The position numbers and the translations under genes are program-made. The notes beneath the pieces were generated by a model. That model did not search any database and had not been told where the DNA came from. It worked only from the letters and a program-made list of their open reading frames with translations. Positions 57,776 through 62,355 of a stretch of DNA of 62,355 nucleotides are shown one piece after another (position 1 is the first letter of the stretch; each line of letters opens with the position of its first letter). Source of the stretch: an uncultured virus (IMG/VR IMGVR_UViG_3300009161_000002) (lineage: Duplodnaviria; Heunggongvirae; Uroviricota; Caudoviricetes); the IMG/VR virus record IMGVR_UViG_3300009161_000002. One strand, written 5' to 3'.

Positions 57776-60004
57776 TTACAACTTTCCAAACATATATTTT
57801 TCTGCATTTTTTGTAGTATCATCATCTGCCAACATTTTTTTAATTATATCTTTATCTATATGTTTTGGATGTACCCACCAGTCTTCATAAGGACAGTTAT
57901 CCCTTGAATGAGATATATTACTTACTATTAAAATATAACCTTTATTTAATAAAAATTCTCTAGACTTTTTTCTAAATGATTGTGTTATATCTGTGTAATG
58001 ATCATGTTCATATGTAATTACTCCAAAAGTACATTGATTCCAAGGTAACATTGTAAGGATATAATAGGTAGTTTCTGGTGGCTCACAATCAACTTGTAAG
58101 TAGTCAATGTGACCTTTAAGTACAGAGTAATCAAACTTTGTAGCATCACATAAAATAACATCATTTTTTCTTTGTTGTTTAAACTTAGTTACTTCATATT
58201 CTAATATTTCTAATGAAGTACCTGTCCATCCAATTTTTTCTAAAAGAGCTGTGTTATTTCCATGAAATGGATCTGCTGCACCAATTTCAAAGTATGTTCC
58301 ATTTTTTTTACCATTAACCATAGATAATGCAAACATATCTTGGTATGATTGAGAAAAGTTTTTTTCAATGGATTCTGATCCTGGGAACTTAAATTTTAAC
58401 TGATCATGTAAACCTTTATGATATCTTAAGAATGGATCTGGTCCAGAACCTAAAGATGTTATGTTAGATTGAACTAGTTTTTTATATTTATCAGATAATA
58501 TATGAGCATTAACTACTAAATCAAGAAATATTTCTCTAGCTTCACTTCCTCTACCAATCCAAAAAGCAGAAACTCCTTTTTGAAAAGTAAGTTGATAACT
58601 ATCTTCATATCCTAGATTAGCAGTCAGTGGTTTAGCATTTGCATAATATTTTAATCCTAATATAGCATAACTATACATTTGATTATATTTTTTTTGTTTT
58701 TCATAATACTCACTTATAAATAAATATGCTTCTGGTCTTTCTATATCAAAATTAAGAGCATTAAGCCATAACCCTAATTCAGTAACATCTCTTCTTTTAA
58801 GAGTAGATAAACATTTAGCAGTCATTAATAATGCTTCATAAGTTTTATTTGGATTTTTTGAGTATTCTGCTGTTCTTAAATAAAAAGACATTGCAGATGC
58901 ATAATGACCATTTAAAAAATAATATTCTGCTAATTCAAATGTAACATCTTCATTGTATGGTTGATAAATGTAGTTTTCTAATTTTTTTGGAGTAGCTGAT
59001 ATTAGTGCTTTTTTTATTGTAGGTTTTACAAGTTTAAAATCACATAATGTTTCTAAAAGATTAATAGGAAATTTAAGAATAAAAGCTGTAGAATCTTGAA
59101 ATCCAAATGGTATTATAATATCATTACCATCAAAAGCTAAACCACAAGTAAATTCAATTGCTCCTGTCATAAATTTTAATTCAGAAGAATGAGCAACAAT
59201 ATTCCATTTTTTATCCCATATAATAAATCTATGATAGTATTGAGCATCTTTTTTTCCTTGCTCATTATGCCAAAGGTCTACTTCATGTGTTATAGCAACA
59301 TAATAATTTCCAATTGTAATAACTTGTGAACCACCTCTAATATCTCTTGGAAATTTTATTTTTTGTTCTACTGAAAAAACTGTTTCAGAAATACCTTTAA
59401 TAGGATCTACTTTAACTACTTCAGTAGGATTAGTCCATTTAACATAATGATATGGTAAATCAAGAATAGGCATCCAGTTCTTTTCACAATAGGAACCTTT
59501 TGTAGGTGGTTCAATTCTAACTCTTTTAGTTTCTTTACCTTTATCTTCTATTGTAGAAAGTTCCATTCTACCTTCTCCATTAGTAGTTGTATCTCTTCTA
59601 ACTCCTGAAAGATATAAACTATTATCCCAATATATTACTCTTGCATCTTCAAGACCAATAAATTCCCAAAGAGGTTTAACATCTAATTTAGAAGTATCTA
59701 TTTTTTGATACTTATCAATAGTTAATGTATTAGGATCTAATTCACAAAAATAATTAGTTGTTTTTAAAGTAAGATCATCTTCTGGATTAAGATATGCTAA
59801 TGGTCCCCATGAAGATTGAAATTTTTGTTCTCCTTCACTATGATATAGTGCATATTGAACATGTCTAAGATTAAGAAAATAATGCCCATTATGTATAAGA
59901 ATAGAAGGATTAGTTAAACCAAAACCTTCTGTTATAGTAGCAGGTAACATTAAGTAGTTTAAAGACCCTCCTTTTTGAAGGGCAAGTTGACATAGATTAT
60001 TCAT
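57776..60004 (-). CDS. Glycosidase-like beta-propeller + TPR + FkbM-type methyltransferase fusion
   Basis: NPS, EDARV, EKNWMP, RGGS, IEFTCGL (GH130-like propeller); TPR helices; SQSYQD...FEIGAAD...NT..LE...W.G, IDYLQVDCE, TYEHD, EDWWV. Confidence 0.75.
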   Translation of the reverse strand: MNNLCQLALQKGGSLNYLMLPATITEGFGLTNPSILIHNGHYFLNLRHVQYALYHSEGEQKFQSSWGPLAYLNPEDDLTLKTTNYFCELDPNTLTIDKYQKIDTSKLDVKPLWEFIGLEDARVIYWDNSLYLSGVRRDTTTNGEGRMELSTIEDKGKETKRVRIEPPTKGSYCEKNWMPILDLPYHYVKWTNPTEVVKVDPIKGISETVFSVEQKIKFPRDIRGGSQVITIGNYYVAITHEVDLWHNEQGKKDAQYYHRFIIWDKKWNIVAHSSELKFMTGAIEFTCGLAFDGNDIIIPFGFQDSTAFILKFPINLLETLCDFKLVKPTIKKALISATPKKLENYIYQPYNEDVTFELAEYYFLNGHYASAMSFYLRTAEYSKNPNKTYEALLMTAKCLSTLKRRDVTELGLWLNALNFDIERPEAYLFISEYYEKQKKYNQMYSYAILGLKYYANAKPLTANLGYEDSYQLTFQKGVSAFWIGRGSEAREIFLDLVVNAHILSDKYKKLVQSNITSLGSGPDPFLRYHKGLHDQLKFKFPGSESIEKNFSQSYQDMFALSMVNGKKNGTYFEIGAADPFHGNNTALLEKIGWTGTSLEILEYEVTKFKQQRKNDVILCDATKFDYSVLKGHIDYLQVDCEPPETTYYILTMLPWNQCTFGVITYEHDHYTDITQSFRKKSREFLLNKGYILIVSNISHSRDNCPYEDWWVHPKHIDKDIIKKMLADDDTTKNAEKYMFGKL

Positions 60005-60022
60005 TTTCTGTATATTTTTTTA

Positions 60023-60035
60023 CAAATATAAACAA
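60023..60035 (-). promoter_or_regulatory. Promoter-like TTGTTTATATTTG (Bacteroidota -7 element TAnnTTTG)
   Basis: Intergenic, upstream of 60004. Confidence 0.5.
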
Positions 60036-60039
60036 TTAT

Positions 60040-62355
60040 TTATCCTGCACAATTATATTGTTGTGTACATTCTTCACAATGACCTGGATAATCAAAGTTG
60101 TATATAATAGTTGCTGTACCAGATACAGTAGATACAATTTCCCAACATCTATCTAAAGTGTCAACTATAACAAAACCAGGTCCAAGATAGTTTGGTGCAT
60201 ATACTGTCTGATTAGGTAAAAGACCACAACAGTCACTTACTTCAAATAATAAAGTTAGACATGGATTATCTTGAAGACATTGCTTACATTCTTTATAACT
60301 ACCAGATATATTACTAATTGTCATTGTAGCAGGACCTGTTAAAGACCAACTAATAACTTTCCAACATACTTTTGTATTCGGCTCTAAACTAGTATCTAAA
60401 ATTAAAACTTGTCCAACAAATAATCCAAATGGAAGTGCTGCAATTTCTATTTCACCTGTACAACACTTTTGTAATACATAGAATAAATCATCTGTAGGAC
60501 ATGGATCATTAGTTATACAAGTTTCACAACCACTAGGTGTACTTATAGATGCTGCTTGAATAAATGCTCCATTAACAAATTGAAAATCATCTGCATCAGA
60601 AATTGACCAACAGTATCCAAAGGTGTCAACAAAAGTATCACCTATTGCAACACCACCACCAATTAAATTCAATGTTGTTATTAAACCTACTTCCGCACAA
60701 CATGATTCAATTAAAACAACATCTGGACAAACATTATCATCTGTACATGTAGCATCACTACAATCAGTTTCTGTATAAACAGTATCAACATAAATTAAAT
60801 TTGTAATAGGTGATGGTGTAGTTCCTGTTACTTGCCAACAGAACCCGTATGTATCAACAAAGGTATCACCAACTACAACTCCTGGTAATGCTCCTGTAAA
60901 TATTTGTTCTGGTTGACCACAACATGCTTCAACAATTAGATTTTCAGGACATGGGTTTTCAGCAATACAAGTAGCACATGATACATAACTAGTAGTAACA
61001 GTTCTTGAACTTGTAATAGGAAGGTATGTATTAGTATAAGCTTGCCAACAGTTTCCTTCATTATCAACAAAGTAATCTCCTGGTGATATACTTGGGTTAT
61101 ACACAATCTCTGAAACTGATAGTTCACAACATAATCTTAGTATCATGTTTGGTGCAGTATCAACTCTAGAACAATCTCTTTGAACTGATAATGTGTAAGA
61201 AAACTTTAATATCCAAGATGAATCTCCATCAGTATTATCTAAACCTAATGCTACAAGAAATAATGTATCACAAGCAGGTAAAGTTTGAGATAAAACATGG
61301 GTTGTACTAAAACAATAATACGCTCTTGTTACTTCAAAACCTTCAGTAAAAAATATAGTATTTGTTGGAATAACATCTCTTGGACCAAATCCTAAATCAC
61401 TACAATTAAAATATGAAAGATTTGTTGTAAGTGTAGGAGGTGATCCAGGTATTCCTTCAAGATATGTCAGATATGCTGTTCCACATAATGTAATAATATC
61501 ATTAGGAAATAAATCAATTGCTAAAGGAACACCAGCATTATTTTGATCCCCTTTTATTCTAGTGATAAATGGTCCAGAGTCAGTCATCTGCCATGGTGCT
61601 GTATTCCAACCTCCTACCTCATGACTATAAAACAATTCATAAGTATTAGGAACTATATTATTAGTATATCCACTGTTAGATGCAATAAGCATGTAGTCAT
61701 AATCACATCCACATTCAACTGTGATGTTAGCTTGACCACCTCCAGCATCTGTTGCTGTTATACAAGAACCTAAGACGTTAATTGATGTAGCAGAAGATAC
61801 TACTGTAGTACCTTCATCTTTAATAATAAGTGATCCACCACCTATTGATACATTTCCTATACAAGCAATAGTACCAGGTGCTGGAGAAATATCAATATTA
61901 TTTGCTGATAAGAATGAAACACCAAATGTATGATATGTTCCGGAATCCGTATTAGAAGTTACAGTATAAGAATATGAAAATCCAGTTATAACAAATGATA
62001 TTATAGAACCTATAGAAATAGAATCCAAAAATGCATCAACATTATTGGAATTTATGTCAGTATCTGAAATATAAAACGTATTAACTAAGCTTCCTATAGA
62101 ACCCCCATTTGTAAAAATTTCACCACTTGATACTGATGTAGATGTTCCCCATTCCCAACATGCTATAGTAGAAGTTGAACCAGTTATACCTTGAATACCC
62201 TGTAATCCTTGAATACCCTGTACCCCTTGTGTTCCTGTTCCAGTTACTCCTTGGAATCCTAAGATACCTTGAATACCCTGAATGCCTCTTAACCCTTGAA
62301 CACCTTGTATCCCTTGTATTCCTTGAGCACCAATACCTCCAGTACTTCCTATAGA
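60040..62355 (-). CDS. Collagen-repeat tail fibre with C-terminal Cys-rich repeats (5' end outside window)
   Basis: Frame stays open past the called start 62028 to the edge ([27 protein letters not shown]...); five CC...G..FVD...CW...C..C...PC repeats at the C-terminus. Confidence 0.8.
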   Translation of the reverse strand, partial: SIGSTGGIGAQGIQGIQGVQGLRGIQGIQGILGFQGVTGTGTQGVQGIQGLQGIQGITGSTSTIACWEWGTSTSVSSGEIFTNGGSIGSLVNTFYISDTDINSNNVDAFLDSISIGSIISFVITGFSYSYTVTSNTDSGTYHTFGVSFLSANNIDISPAPGTIACIGNVSIGGGSLIIKDEGTTVVSSATSINVLGSCITATDAGGGQANITVECGCDYDYMLIASNSGYTNNIVPNTYELFYSHEVGGWNTAPWQMTDSGPFITRIKGDQNNAGVPLAIDLFPNDIITLCGTAYLTYLEGIPGSPPTLTTNLSYFNCSDLGFGPRDVIPTNTIFFTEGFEVTRAYYCFSTTHVLSQTLPACDTLFLVALGLDNTDGDSSWILKFSYTLSVQRDCSRVDTAPNMILRLCCELSVSEIVYNPSISPGDYFVDNEGNCWQAYTNTYLPITSSRTVTTSYVSCATCIAENPCPENLIVEACCGQPEQIFTGALPGVVVGDTFVDTYGFCWQVTGTTPSPITNLIYVDTVYTETDCSDATCTDDNVCPDVVLIESCCAEVGLITTLNLIGGGVAIGDTFVDTFGYCWSISDADDFQFVNGAFIQAASISTPSGCETCITNDPCPTDDLFYVLQKCCTGEIEIAALPFGLFVGQVLILDTSLEPNTKVCWKVISWSLTGPATMTISNISGSYKECKQCLQDNPCLTLLFEVSDCCGLLPNQTVYAPNYLGPGFVIVDTLDRCWEIVSTVSGTATIIYNFDYPGHCEECTQQYNCAG
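62179..62355 (-). repeat. Collagen-like Gly-X-Gln repeat
   Basis: [30 protein letters not shown] ... [18 protein letters not shown]. Confidence 0.9.

Noticed and set aside
62026..62028. Start of the 662-aa ORF at 62028
   Set aside because: The frame remains open upstream into collagen repeats; the true start is outside the window.
1..62355. Stop-codon reassignment as in some crAss-like phages
   Set aside because: Genes are long and tightly packed under the standard code; TAG (e.g. 19727, 28413, 47675) and TGA (30109, 53145, 57260) end genes right at the next start or an intergenic gap.
1..62355. Eukaryotic or giant-virus origin suggested by SET, LCIB, collagen, C1q and EGF-like motifs
   Set aside because: Operonic coupling, intrinsic terminators, holin/spanin and crAss-type terminase-portal-MCP-muzzle synteny indicate a bacteriophage.
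1..62355. tRNA, rRNA, integrase or transposase genes
   Set aside because: Intergenic gaps are short and AT-rich; no cloverleaf or recombinase motifs seen.

Overview
This AT-rich window is the virion (late) gene block of a large crAss-like podophage (Crassvirales-related), probably infecting an aquatic Bacteroidota host. Essentially all real genes are on the minus strand and use the standard code. In transcription order (right to left) it holds: a collagen/Cys-rich fibre (truncated); a propeller-TPR-FkbM enzyme; a lysis cassette (u-spanin-like lipoprotein, holin, L,D-peptidase-type endolysin); small DNA-binding proteins and a PD-(D/E)XK nuclease; terminase, portal, scaffold-like protein and major capsid protein; small basic proteins, an LCIB/theta-class carbonic anhydrase-like gene and a Dps-like gene; auxiliary capsid, Cys-rich fibre, ring and muzzle genes; and six very large predicted cargo/ejection proteins (the last truncated). 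Three signals stand out. (1) The cargo proteins are strings of modules (SET methyltransferase, Zn ribbon, HExxH zincin, and ART-, GNAT- and colicin-M-like candidates) separated by a recurring xxxGG / KAxxG motif and sharing terminal tags, which suggests a processed effector polyprotein system. (2) A theta-carbonic anhydrase-like gene with intact Zn ligands lies in the capsid cluster. (3) An intergenic hairpin has a UUGUUGGUU loop complementary to an AACCAACAA motif at four translation starts. All assignments come from motif recognition and gene order by eye; no searches were run.
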